Origin: Perkinsela sp. CCAP 1560/9
Taxonomy: Eukaryota > Protista > Euglenozoa: Kinetoplastea
Direction of reading: 5' to 3'
NCBI GenBank assembly: GCA_965644495.1
Contig: CBFFSA010000044.1
Span: 1 to 64,000 of the forward strand
Length of the DNA stretch: 64,000 nucleotides
This document shows, in pieces, positions 18,643 to 29,456 of this stretch (its first letter is position 1; each line of letters begins with the position of its first letter). The position numbers and the translations under genes were made by a program. The notes beneath the pieces are model-generated. The model was not told the origin of the DNA, ran no database searches, and was given only the letters and a program-made list of their open reading frames with translations.

Positions 18643-20744
18643 TTTTTTTTTTTTGCAGTTAATAAGGGGGGAGAAGTATGAATCGCGGCATTGCCTCTAT
18701 ATTTTGACCCAGTATACGAACCAAGTACATAGTAGGTCCATTGGGGGGGTATACGAATTTAAAACAAGCAATCAAATTAGCAAATCTTTTTATTTCCACA
18801 GAAGTATATTTTCTTTTTCTTTTTTCTCAGCCCAAAACTAGCAATTCAATCTCCCCTAGGTATATACGACAAACAAGACACAGTAAAAATAAAAACAAGC
18901 AATGCAGGCCCAATCCATTCGCGCGTTCCGGACCGGGTCTTTCGACCACTCCACGGCCTGACTTGTGAACCCGTCCCTTGCTATATGGGAGGGCGCAGGC
19001 GCGGGCCTGTGTCGACAGCGACACGGTCGCGAAACAGGATGCTGGCCGACGGGGAGGAGATTCACTGCCCGTGTACTACCTCACTTGGGGTACCTAGCCC
19101 TCGCGGGCTAGGCGTGAGCATAGACTCTGTCGACCCGACCAGCACCCGTCCTGGATACCATGGCGTCTTCGTGCTGAAATAGGACTGTCAGTAGAGGCTT
19201 AAGCCTCTACCAAAGGATCCGCTGGGTCCTCTACGCGGATGCGCGAAACCATCATCCTGGCTTGAGAACGCATTAGCGTCACGTTCAGATCTGTTAGGAG
19301 ATCGTTTCGCGCTTGGTCTCGTGAAAGGAGCCCTTTGGATGCATTCGCCCGTTGGGTTCCGATGTCCCGGAGTAACGCTAGCGCACTCTCGCTCCAGGAA
19401 CCAAAGGATTCCACCACCATCGCTGTGAAGAGGTGTCCTGCTTTTTCTGCTTCTTGTCGCTGTCGCGCCTTGGTCTCCGCGAAGTGCTCGGCAAAAGACC
19501 CCGGGGTCACCCAGCTAGCATTGTGGACTGAGTCCAAATACTTTGTTTGCTGTGCGTGAGTGACCGCAAAATCTAGGACCATGCCTTGCGCTAAAGATCC
19601 TTTGGCGATGGAGGCAGTTGGCAGAAATACGTCTGCTGGTCTCGTGAGAGCCCCCCCAGGACCCCGATTTCCCAAACTCTTCTCTCTCTGTGGCGCCAGG
19701 AAGGCTCTGCTGCAGAACGATGTAAATTGTTGGGCCAGAGCGTTGTGCCGTGAGATGATACCATGGCCGTTCTTGCAGAGCAAAGCGTGCTCTCCATTCT
19801 TGAGCAAGGGAAGGGTGCACCCGTCAGCTGGGCAAGGCCGATCTTCGGGGAAGACGTCCATGCCTAGCCACCAGCGTGTTAGGGTACGAAACTCCGTGTG
19901 GGTGAAAGCGTAGCCTCTGGTCTTGGAGGGAGTTGCGAAAGCCCAGTTTCCGGCCCCTTTTCCGGACTGCGAGATCCATCGCGCCCGCGTTCTTGCGTCT
20001 GCCTTTGAATATGCCGTTTGAAATTCCCTATCCGAGATAGCTTGGCTGAGATGTTTTTGCCTCGGGATGATCTTTTCCTGATCCGTCGAGACCGGGAGAA
20101 GGGCGTGATTGAGGGATTGTGCGAGTTTTCTTTTCGCTGGGCGGGAAAGGATGCTCCGATTTGCATGATATTCACCAGGCACACTAGGTTTGGTAATGCG
20201 TCCAGTGTATGGATCAACCAGATCAGTCCCAACTTTGTCATTTATGTCATGTGCTGAGCTGGAAAATCCCTCAGCTTCTGTGGGGTCCCAGTTGTCCAAG
20301 CTAGCGGCGTGCGCGACGGAAGAAACGTAGGCTGCTGACTGGTGGAGAATTGATGAGCGAAGTCCGAACCCGCCGTGGCGTTTTGGTCGTTGTATTTGGT
20401 CGCGAGCGGCGACGCCTAAGGGAGAAATTGCGTGCTCCACGGCCTGGACTAGATGAGAGTCAAGTTTTTGGCATAATTCTCCAAGGGCTTGGGGAGGAGT
20501 GGTACGCAGTGCGTACACCATCTGACAAAACCCCGAACATTGCCGTATTAGTGCGAGAGCTATTTGGGGATCTTCTAACACAGCAGTAGCTTCTAATGTT
20601 TCGCGGGCTGGTTCAATCGCGTGTGTCATGAGAAACTCCGCACAGTGTTCCGCAGAGCCTATTGGGCTTCCAAGAATGTCGAAGTTCCCGTCGTACCGTA
20701 TTTTATCACTGGGGATGTCAGGAAAGAAAACGGAGGTATGAGCT

Positions 20745-20747
<3 letters not shown>
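18643..20747 (-). mobile_element. 5'-truncated family A copy (ORF remnant 19199-20746, structured RNA ~18910-19150)
   Basis: Near-identical to ~3430-5262; distal 3' UTR differs from the first A copy. Confidence 0.93.
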
Positions 20748-20775
<28 letters not shown>

Positions 20776-23700
20776 GCAATTAATAGGGGGGAAGAGTATG
20801 AGTTCTAACTTTCTATGAATGTACGGTATCAGTTTTTTTTTTTTTTTTTTCAAATTTATCTCTATAAATCAATCTACAACAAATCACTCTATTTGACGAA
20901 ACCAAACTAAAGAAAAGAAAAAGAAAAGAAAAATGCATCACCCTCTAATTCAGGAGCAGAGGTGGATCCGGGTCATCTTCTGCCATCCGCGCCACCATCA
21001 TACGAGCCTGAGCTCGCATTAAAGTGACATTCAAGTCACGGATGAGATTTGCCGTCGCCGTTCCCCTGTCCATCGTCCCTTGGGACGTAGCAGAGCGCCA
21101 CGCTCCAACCTTCTTAAGCACAGCGAGGGCGCTGTCGGACCACGAGCCATAGGAGCCTACGACCATGGCCGCGAAGTCGTGCCCAGCAGTCTCGGCGTCC
21201 CGTCGCTGCACCTGCTTATGGCTTGTGGCATAGCTCTCGGCGAATGATCCCGCCGTCACCCCGTTAGCGTTACGGACGAGGTCCGCGTATTTGGGTTGCT
21301 GAACGTGGGTAACGGCGAAATCAAGCACCAGAGACTTGCCTAAGCCAATGCTGGGCAAAACGACATCACCAGGCCTCGTGGGCGCTCCAGCGGGACCGCG
21401 ATTGCCAAGACTTACCTCCCGTTGGGGGGCGAGGTGCGCCTTACTGCAGAAATCGACAAATTGACACGCCAACGCGTTGTGGCGCGTCATGATGCCATGT
21501 CCACACTTACAGGACACGGCATGGTCGCCTTTTGGTCCCAACGGTTGCTGACACCTCCCCATAGGACAGGGCCGCGTTCCGGGGTAAATGTCTGCTCCCA
21601 ACCACCAGCGGGACAAGGCGCGAAACTCAGTAGGAGTGTAAGAGTATCCTCTCTCCTTGGAGGGAATAACGAATGCCCAACTCGCGGCCCCTCTCCCAGT
21701 TTGCGAAATCAAACGTGCGCGTGTGTTGAAGTCTGCTGCCTCATATGCTGAAGAAAATTCCCGGTCGCCTATCTCGCGACAAAGGTGTTTCTGTCGCGGG
21801 ATAATCAGCTTTTCATTCATCCCGGCATCTAGGCTGTGATCATGGTGTGCATTGAGAGGGTTGGTTGATGCGTTATAATCTTTGTGGATTAGTGCCTCCT
21901 GTATTTTGCCGGTTGTCGAATCCACCAAAGTCTTTCCCGCCTGGCGGTTAACACGCTCCACTGCCTCGGAAAACCATTTCGCCTCGGACGGTGCCCAGTC
22001 ATCTTGAGAACCCGCAAAGGCTGCTGAAGAGACATAAGCTGCAGATGAATGTATAACGGAGGATCTTAGGCCAAAACCACCGTGTCTCTTGTCGCGTTGG
22101 ATTTGTGCTCGTGCCGGGGCGTCTAGAGGACAGAGTATAAGCTCCGTAGCGCGGAGCACGGCGTTATCAAGCCTCTGACAGAGGTCTACCATGTATTTTG
22201 GTGGCGTTGTGCGGAGGGAGTAGACTAATTGGCAAAAGCCAGCGCAGTGGCGAATTAGCGTGAGGGCTACCTGTGGGTCTTCTAGTATGCCTATCGCCTT
22301 TAGAGTTGCTTCCGCAGGTTCGATCGCAAACTCACGTAGGTATTCAATACAGAACTCTTCTGACCCTACTGGGCTACCCAAAATGCTAAAGTTTCCTTCG
22401 TGATTTTTCATTCTGGCTGGGATGGTAGTGAATGAGTCCGTGCAACGCGAGGATACCGGATGAGATATTATCTCGCATTTACTCGCATTAAGATGGAGCC
22501 CCCACTGAGGTCCCGCACATGCTATAGCATCCAACGCCCTCCGTACGCTGTCGGATTTTCCGGCTAAAACACCGTCATCGAGATACCAAAGGTGCAAGAG
22601 GAGTCCGCTGGGCACTTCATTCTCGATCAGTTCAGTAATCTCTCGCAGAACCATGGAGAAAAGGAGGGGCCCTAAAGGGTCCCCCTGTTGAACTCCTTCG
22701 GTGGAGGCAACTGTTTGAGAACCATATGTGAGTGCGCTATCGGTGGAGTAGCACCAATTTATCCAAGGAGTCAACTCGGGGAAGTGCTTTTCTGATAGAG
22801 ATATGAACGCCGCCCTGGAAACCGTATTGAATGCGTTACGAAGGTCCACCTTGCATAAGACAAACTCTGGGTCATTCTTTGTGGACTCCACCACTTGGCG
22901 GCAGAGGTGGATAACCCTTTCGGAGCCAGATGCCGTTGCCACACCATATTGACGTCCTTGGAAAAGTGTGCTAGCTTTGGACTTTACAACAGAGCAGGCA
23001 GCCTTGCTGACCATGCGGCGCAACGTTTCCCCTGCTGCGATAGGTCTTACATCATTTTGCCCTTTCTGCAATGCACACAATCGAGCCCCTGCGTAATATT
23101 GTTGTGCTTCAACTGGAGCCTTACCGGCGAGTAGGTGATTGGCAAGCTTTGTGAGACTCTCGAGGGGATGAACATCCGTGTCAGTTCCAGCGAATAATGC
23201 CGCTTGTATGTGTTCCGCTCGTAGCGCCATGGTTCCACCTGAGGAGCCCCTGTTAAAGCTTTGGATCGCCTTTCGTACATCATCCTCATTGACAGTCAAG
23301 GAAATGATTTCGTTGGAGGACGGTGCGCTTTGGCGTAGTGGACCGAACAGCCGGCTCGGGTGCTTGGTGACTAGTTTGTTATATGTCTCCTCATTGTCGG
23401 GTGCCATTGGCGCCGAAGTGAGTGCAGCTATTCCTCGAGAAACTTCTCCTTGACGGACCAGTAGTTCGGAGCGAATCGCTTTCTTTTCCTCATCCAGTAG
23501 TGTACCTGCTCCGGATCCTTGCTTCCTCTTCTTCTGGTGTTCAAGTACAGCTTCTTTCCACAGGGCTGAATATTCGTGTGCTTCCCAGCGATCCAGACAT
23601 TTCCGCACGTGGGAGGCGTACGAGCTATTTCCCTTTCGTCCTCTTCTATGCGGGGCTGGAAGGACACATTTCGGAAGCATCGCTAGTCGTGTCCATGCAG

Positions 23701-25084
23701 CGACGGTGTTCTCCCTCTCGGCTGTTGCGACGGTGGCTGTTAGGACCGTAGCCCACTGGCGTCGGCATCGGAAAGGAACGTCTTTGGACGTGGTCATAGG
23801 TGTTGTACAGACCGCTCTTAGGCTAGGGAAACATGGTGGGTCTATAGTGGGCGGTAAGCTAGATTCCTCTGGCGTCTCTGAAGGGTACGCGGGGTCAGGA
23901 AGATCTGTTGTTGGTGATGGCTGTGTGGGAGGTGGGTCCGCCCCGTAGCATTGAATTGAATGGGCTTCCTTCTTGGTCAACACAAAATGTTTGTTGCACA
24001 CCGTGCAAAGAAATCTGCCTTCACGTGCCCACCACTCTAGCGGTATGCCTTCGGCGTGTCGGGAGGCCACATGATTATAAAAAGCTTGCCATTTGCCGCC
24101 GTGGGATTGTGCGGACCACGCACATCCGTCTGCCGGACAGTACCGACGTTCCGGGAGGGGCGGGTCCCCCGCAGAATGAAGAGGTGGCACGACAGCTTCC
24201 GTTGCAGGACCAGCTAGAGTCACAGCGCGGTGAGGGTCGCATAGTACGGTCTCCTGAGTTGAGTCAGTCTCGTCGGTTGGGGATACAGGAATCAATAACT
24301 CAAAGCTAGGAGGATTGCTCAAGGTAACAGAGAACGTGGTGGGGGGGGCAGGTTGCGGTGAGACACAATTTCGTTTACGTGTGCAGAGGTTTAGCGTCAC
24401 AGGGGGGTCATGACCTGGTGCGGCAACGTCCTTGGAACGAAGTGAAAGCAGACCACGCGTTTTCAATATAATGCTCCCGACCAGGCATGCGACTGTCCAA
24501 GTCACCGTGCATCCTAGGGCGAGGACGTTCCCTACAATAACGCTAGTGTACTTAAGTATGAAGAAGACGATCGTCACCAGTACGTATGCAAACTGTATGT
24601 ATGTGATGGGAACTGTCAATAGGCGCCTCCACTGCGCCGTGCGGGCTGGGGCGTGTGCACGCTTACAGCACTGGTGTCTGCACGTCGACTTTACCTTGCA
24701 GCTGTGGTGGCACGGTTTCGTGGACAGATTTTCCTGCGTCGCGTGTGGCCGCGTGAATTCCGTACCAGTGTTGAGATCGCGCTTGCAACAACTGTGTTTG
24801 CATGTCAGTTTGTTTTTACATATGTGTTTGCAAGGATTAGTGGAATCTTCGCGAGGGAGATCAGAAATTTTTACCGGTGAATCCGTCGGAGAAGTTTTTG
24901 CGTCGTGGGGATTTGGAAGCAAGGAATCCTTCAGGGGGCGGTTCTTATGTCCGCGGCACAAAGGTAAGGGTGGTGTTTCAATGTGTTGGCCCGAGCGTAT
25001 GGCTACGGAGCGAGTCAACGCGACCATTTGGAGAGGATTAGTAAATAAATCAACAAGGTACAGAAACTGTATCTTTATCGTTAA

Positions 25085-25088
<4 letters not shown>
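20748..25088 (-). mobile_element. Full-length family D copy 1 (SL 25051-25088)
   Basis: Poly(T) 20748-20775, intact ORF, SL. Confidence 0.95.
20945..25027 (-). CDS. Family D polyprotein: twin Cys/His motifs, hydrophobic segment, ZnF, RT, CCHC, RLE (1360 aa)
   Basis: YLDD, GVQQGDPLGP, CPMGRC..HAVSC, RPGDV..LDFAV. Confidence 0.95.
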   Translation of the reverse strand: MVALTRSVAIRSGQHIETPPLPLCRGHKNRPLKDSLLPNPHDAKTSPTDSPVKISDLPREDSTNPCKHICKNKLTCKHSCCKRDLNTGTEFTRPHATQENLSTKPCHHSCKVKSTCRHQCCKRAHAPARTAQWRRLLTVPITYIQFAYVLVTIVFFILKYTSVIVGNVLALGCTVTWTVACLVGSIILKTRGLLSLRSKDVAAPGHDPPVTLNLCTRKRNCVSPQPAPPTTFSVTLSNPPSFELLIPVSPTDETDSTQETVLCDPHRAVTLAGPATEAVVPPLHSAGDPPLPERRYCPADGCAWSAQSHGGKWQAFYNHVASRHAEGIPLEWWAREGRFLCTVCNKHFVLTKKEAHSIQCYGADPPPTQPSPTTDLPDPAYPSETPEESSLPPTIDPPCFPSLRAVCTTPMTTSKDVPFRCRRQWATVLTATVATAERENTVAAWTRLAMLPKCVLPAPHRRGRKGNSSYASHVRKCLDRWEAHEYSALWKEAVLEHQKKRKQGSGAGTLLDEEKKAIRSELLVRQGEVSRGIAALTSAPMAPDNEETYNKLVTKHPSRLFGPLRQSAPSSNEIISLTVNEDDVRKAIQSFNRGSSGGTMALRAEHIQAALFAGTDTDVHPLESLTKLANHLLAGKAPVEAQQYYAGARLCALQKGQNDVRPIAAGETLRRMVSKAACSVVKSKASTLFQGRQYGVATASGSERVIHLCRQVVESTKNDPEFVLCKVDLRNAFNTVSRAAFISLSEKHFPELTPWINWCYSTDSALTYGSQTVASTEGVQQGDPLGPLLFSMVLREITELIENEVPSGLLLHLWYLDDGVLAGKSDSVRRALDAIACAGPQWGLHLNASKCEIISHPVSSRCTDSFTTIPARMKNHEGNFSILGSPVGSEEFCIEYLREFAIEPAEATLKAIGILEDPQVALTLIRHCAGFCQLVYSLRTTPPKYMVDLCQRLDNAVLRATELILCPLDAPARAQIQRDKRHGGFGLRSSVIHSSAAYVSSAAFAGSQDDWAPSEAKWFSEAVERVNRQAGKTLVDSTTGKIQEALIHKDYNASTNPLNAHHDHSLDAGMNEKLIIPRQKHLCREIGDREFSSAYEAADFNTRARLISQTGRGAASWAFVIPSKERGYSYTPTEFRALSRWWLGADIYPGTRPCPMGRCQQPLGPKGDHAVSCKCGHGIMTRHNALACQFVDFCSKAHLAPQREVSLGNRGPAGAPTRPGDVVLPSIGLGKSLVLDFAVTHVQQPKYADLVRNANGVTAGSFAESYATSHKQVQRRDAETAGHDFAAMVVGSYGSWSDSALAVLKKVGAWRSATSQGTMDRGTATANLIRDLNVTLMRAQARMMVARMAEDDPDPPLLLN

Positions 25089-25123
<35 letters not shown>

Positions 25124-28100
25124 AGTTCTAACTTTCTATGAATGTACGGTATCAGTTTTTTTTTTTTTTTTTTTCAAATTTATCTCTATAAATCAATCTA
25201 CAACAAATCACTCTATTTGACGAAACCAAACTAAAGAAAAGAAAAAGAAAAGAAAAATGCATCACCCTCTAATTCAGGAGCAGAGGTGGATCCGGGTCAT
25301 CTTCTGCCATCCGCGCCACCATCATACGAGCCTGAGCTCGCATTAAAGTGACATTCAAGTCACGGATGAGATTTGCCGTCGCCGTTCCCCTGTCCATCGT
25401 CCCTTGGGACGTAGCAGAGCGCCACGCTCCAACCTTCTTAAGCACAGCGAGGGCGCTGTCGGACCACGAGCCATAGGAGCCTACGACCATGGCCGCGAAG
25501 TCGTGCCCAGCAGTCTCGGCGTCCCGTCGCTGCACCTGCTTATGGCTTGTGGCATAGCTCTCGGCGAATGATCCCGCCGTCACCCCGTTAGCGTTACGGA
25601 CGAGGTCCGCGTATTTGGGTTGCTGAACGTGGGTAACGGCGAAATCAAGCACCAGAGACTTGCCTAAGCCAATGCTGGGCAAAACGACATCACCAGGCCT
25701 CGTGGGCGCTCCAGCGGGACCGCGATTGCCAAGACTTACCTCCCGTTGGGGGGCGAGGTGCGCCTTACTGCAGAAATCGACAAATTGACACGCCAGCGCG
25801 TTGTGGCGCGTCATGATGCCATGTCCACACTTACAGGACACGGCATGGTCGCCTTTTGGTCCCAACGGTTGCTGACACCTCCCCATAGGACAGGGCCGCG
25901 TTCCGGGGTAAATGTCTGCTCCCAACCACCAGCGGGACAAGGCGCGAAACTCAGTAGGAGTGTAAGAGTATCCTCTCTCCTTGGAGGGAATAACGAATGC
26001 CCAACTCGCGGCCCCTCTCCCAGTTTGCGAAATCAAACGTGCGCGTGTGTTGAAGTCTGCTGCCTCATATGCTGAAGAAAATTCCCGGTCGCCTATCTCG
26101 CGACAAAGGTGTTTCTGTCGCGGGATAATCAGCTTTTCATTCATCCCGGCATCTAGGCTGTGATCATGGTGTGCATTGAGAGGGTTGGTTGATGCGTTAT
26201 AATCTTTGTGGATTAGTGCCTCCTGTATTTTGCCGGTTGTCGAATCCACCAAAGTCTTTCCCGCCTGGCGGTTAACACGCTCCACTGCCTCGGAAAACCA
26301 TTTCGCCTCGGACGGTGCCCAGTCATCTTGAGAACCCGCAAAGGCTGCTGAAGAGACATAAGCTGCAGATGAATGTATAACGGAGGATCTTAGGCCAAAA
26401 CCACCGTGTCTCTTGTCGCGTTGGATTTGTGCTCGTGCCGGGGCGTCTAGAGGACAGAGTATAAGCTCCGTAGCGCGGAGCACGGCGTTATCAAGCCTCT
26501 GACAGAGGTCTACCATGTATTTTGGTGGCGTTGTGCGGAGGGAGTAGACTAATTGGCAAAAGCCAGCGCAGTGGCGAATTAGCGTGAGGGCTACCTGTGG
26601 GTCTTCTAGTATGCCTATCGCCTTTAGAGTTGCTTCCGCAGGTTCGATCGCAAACTCACGTAGGTATTCAATACAGAACTCTTCTGACCCTACTGGGCTA
26701 CCCAAAATGCTAAAGTTTCCTTCGTGATTTTTCATTCTGGCTGGGATGGTAGTGAATGAGTCCGTGCAACGCGAGGATACCGGATGAGATATTATCTCGC
26801 ATTTACTCGCATTAAGATGGAGCCCCCACTGAGGTCCCGCACATGCTATAGCATCCAACGCCCTCCGTACGCTGTCGGATTTTCCGGCTAAAACACCGTC
26901 ATCGAGATACCAAAGGTGCAAGAGGAGTCCGCTGGGCACTTCATTCTCGATCAGTTCAGTAATCTCTCGCAGAACCATGGAGAAAAGGAGGGGCCCTAAA
27001 GGGTCCCCCTGTTGAACTCCTTCGGTGGAGGCAACTGTTTGAGAACCATATGTGAGTGCGCTATCGGTGGAGTAGCACCAATTTATCCAAGGAGTCAACT
27101 CGGGGAAGTGCTTTTCTGATAGAGATATGAACGCCGCCCTGGAAACCGTATTGAATGCGTTACGAAGGTCCACCTTGCATAAGACAAACTCTGGGTCATT
27201 CTTTGTGGACTCCACCACTTGGCGGCAGAGGTGGATAACCCTTTCGGAGCCAGATGCCGTTGCCACACCATATTGACGTCCTTGGAAAAGTGTGCTAGCT
27301 TTGGACTTTACAACAGAGCAGGCAGCCTTGCTGACCATGCGGCGCAACGTTTCCCCTGCTGCGATAGGTCTTACATCATTTTGCCCTTTCTGCAATGCAC
27401 ACAATCGAGCCCCTGCGTAATATTGTTGTGCTTCAACTGGAGCCTTACCGGCGAGTAGGTGATTGGCAAGCTTTGTGAGACTCTCGAGGGGATGAACATC
27501 CGTGTCAGTTCCAGCGAATAATGCCGCTTGTATGTGTTCCGCTCGTAGCGCCATGGTTCCACCTGAGGAGCCCCTGTTAAAGCTTTGGATCGCCTTTCGT
27601 ACATCATCCTCATTGACAGTCAAGGAAATGATTTCGTTGGAGGACGGTGCGCTTTGGCGTAGTGGACCGAACAGCCGGCTCGGGTGCTTGGTGACTAGTT
27701 TGTTATATGTCTCCTCATTGTCGGGTGCCATTGGCGCCGAAGTGAGTGCAGCTATTCCTCGAGAAACTTCTCCTTGACGGACCAGTAGTTCGGAGCGAAT
27801 CGCTTTCTTTTCCTCATCCAGTAGTGTACCTGCTCCGGATCCTTGCTTCCTCTTCTTCTGGTGTTCAAGTACAGCTTCTTTCCACAGGGCTGAATATTCG
27901 TGTGCTTCCCAGCGATCCAGACATTTCCGCACGTGGGAGGCGTACGAGCTATTTCCCTTTCGTCCTCTTCTATGCGGGGCTGGAAGGACACATTTCGGAA
28001 GCATCGCTAGTCGTGTCCATGCAGCGACGGTGTTCTCCCTCTCGGCTGTTGCGACGGTGGCTGTTAGGACCGTAGCCCACTGGCGTCGGCATCGGAAAGG

Positions 28101-29416
28101 AACGTCTTTGGACGTGGTCATAGGTGTTGTACAGACCGCTCTTAGGCTAGGGAAACATGGTGGGTCTATAGTGGGCGGTAAGCTAGATTCCTCTGGCGTC
28201 TCTGAAGGGTAGGCGGGGTCAGGAAGATCTGTTGTTGGTGATGGCTGTGTGGGAGGTGGGTCCGCCCCGTAGCATTGAATTGAATGGGCTTCCTTCTTGG
28301 TCAACACAAAATGTTTGTTGCACACCGTGCAAAGAAATCTGCCTTCACGTGCCCACCACTCTAGCGGTATGCCTTCGGCGTGTCGGGAGGCCACATGATT
28401 ATAAAAAGCTTGCCATTTGCCGCCGTGGGATTGTGCGGACCACGCACATCCGTCTGCCGGACAGTACCGACGTTCCGGGAGGGGCGGGTCCCCCGCAGAA
28501 TGAAGAGGTGGCACGACAGCTTCCGTTGCAGGACCAGCTAGAGTCACAGCGCGGTGAGGGTCGCATAGTACGGTCTCCTGAGTTGAGTCAGTCTCGTCGG
28601 TTGGGGATACAGGAATCAATAACTCAAAGCTAGGAGGATTGCTCAAGGTAACAGAGAACGTGGTGGGGGGGGCAGGTTGCGGTGAGACACAATTTCGTTT
28701 ACGTGTGCAGAGGTTTAGCGTCACAGGGGGGTCATGACCTGGTGCGGCAACGTCCTTGGAACGAAGTGAAAGCAGACCACGCGTTTTCAATATAATGCTC
28801 CCGACCAGGCATGCGACTGTCCAAGTCACCGTGCATCCTAGGGCGAGGACGTTCCCTACAATAACGCTAGTGTACTTAAGTATGAAGAAGACGATCGTCA
28901 CCAGTACGTATGCAAACTGTATGTATGTGATGGGAACTGTCAATAGGCGCCTCCACTGCGCCGTGCGGGCTGGGGCGTGTGCACGCTTACAGCACTGGTG
29001 TCTGCACGTCGACTTTACCTTGCAGCTGTGGTGGCACGGTTTCGTGGACAGATTTTCCTGCGTCGCGTGTGGCCGCGTGAATTCCGTACCAGTGTTGAGA
29101 TCGCGCTTGCAACAACTGTGTTTGCATGTCAGTTTGTTTTTACATATGTGTTTGCAAGGATTAGTGGAATCTTCGCGAGGGAGATCAGAAATTTTTACCG
29201 GTGAATCCGTCGGAGAAGTTTTTGCGTCGTGGGGATTTGGAAGCAAGGAATCCTTCAGGGGGCGGTTCTTATGTCCGCGGCACAAAGGTAAGGGTGGTGT
29301 TTCAATGTGTTGGCCCGAGCGTATGGCTACGGAGCGAGTCAACGCGACCATTTGGAGAGGATTAGTAAATAAATCAACAAGGCAACAAGGTACAGAAACT
29401 GTATCTTTATCGTTAA

Positions 29417-29420
<4 letters not shown>
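25087..29420 (-). mobile_element. Full-length family D copy 2 (SL 29383-29420 plus an extra CCTTGTTG at 29375-29382)
   Basis: Near-identical to copy 1; polyadenylated earlier (after AGAACTCAT). Confidence 0.95.
25269..29351 (-). CDS. Family D polyprotein (1360 aa)
   Basis: Same translation as copy 1 in the ORF track. Confidence 0.95.
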   Translation of the reverse strand: MVALTRSVAIRSGQHIETPPLPLCRGHKNRPLKDSLLPNPHDAKTSPTDSPVKISDLPREDSTNPCKHICKNKLTCKHSCCKRDLNTGTEFTRPHATQENLSTKPCHHSCKVKSTCRHQCCKRAHAPARTAQWRRLLTVPITYIQFAYVLVTIVFFILKYTSVIVGNVLALGCTVTWTVACLVGSIILKTRGLLSLRSKDVAAPGHDPPVTLNLCTRKRNCVSPQPAPPTTFSVTLSNPPSFELLIPVSPTDETDSTQETVLCDPHRAVTLAGPATEAVVPPLHSAGDPPLPERRYCPADGCAWSAQSHGGKWQAFYNHVASRHAEGIPLEWWAREGRFLCTVCNKHFVLTKKEAHSIQCYGADPPPTQPSPTTDLPDPAYPSETPEESSLPPTIDPPCFPSLRAVCTTPMTTSKDVPFRCRRQWATVLTATVATAERENTVAAWTRLAMLPKCVLPAPHRRGRKGNSSYASHVRKCLDRWEAHEYSALWKEAVLEHQKKRKQGSGAGTLLDEEKKAIRSELLVRQGEVSRGIAALTSAPMAPDNEETYNKLVTKHPSRLFGPLRQSAPSSNEIISLTVNEDDVRKAIQSFNRGSSGGTMALRAEHIQAALFAGTDTDVHPLESLTKLANHLLAGKAPVEAQQYYAGARLCALQKGQNDVRPIAAGETLRRMVSKAACSVVKSKASTLFQGRQYGVATASGSERVIHLCRQVVESTKNDPEFVLCKVDLRNAFNTVSRAAFISLSEKHFPELTPWINWCYSTDSALTYGSQTVASTEGVQQGDPLGPLLFSMVLREITELIENEVPSGLLLHLWYLDDGVLAGKSDSVRRALDAIACAGPQWGLHLNASKCEIISHPVSSRCTDSFTTIPARMKNHEGNFSILGSPVGSEEFCIEYLREFAIEPAEATLKAIGILEDPQVALTLIRHCAGFCQLVYSLRTTPPKYMVDLCQRLDNAVLRATELILCPLDAPARAQIQRDKRHGGFGLRSSVIHSSAAYVSSAAFAGSQDDWAPSEAKWFSEAVERVNRQAGKTLVDSTTGKIQEALIHKDYNASTNPLNAHHDHSLDAGMNEKLIIPRQKHLCREIGDREFSSAYEAADFNTRARLISQTGRGAASWAFVIPSKERGYSYTPTEFRALSRWWLGADIYPGTRPCPMGRCQQPLGPKGDHAVSCKCGHGIMTRHNALACQFVDFCSKAHLAPQREVSLGNRGPAGAPTRPGDVVLPSIGLGKSLVLDFAVTHVQQPKYADLVRNANGVTAGSFAESYATSHKQVQRRDAETAGHDFAAMVVGSYGSWSDSALAVLKKVGAWRSATSQGTMDRGTATANLIRDLNVTLMRAQARMMVARMAEDDPDPPLLLN

Positions 29421-29456
<36 letters not shown>

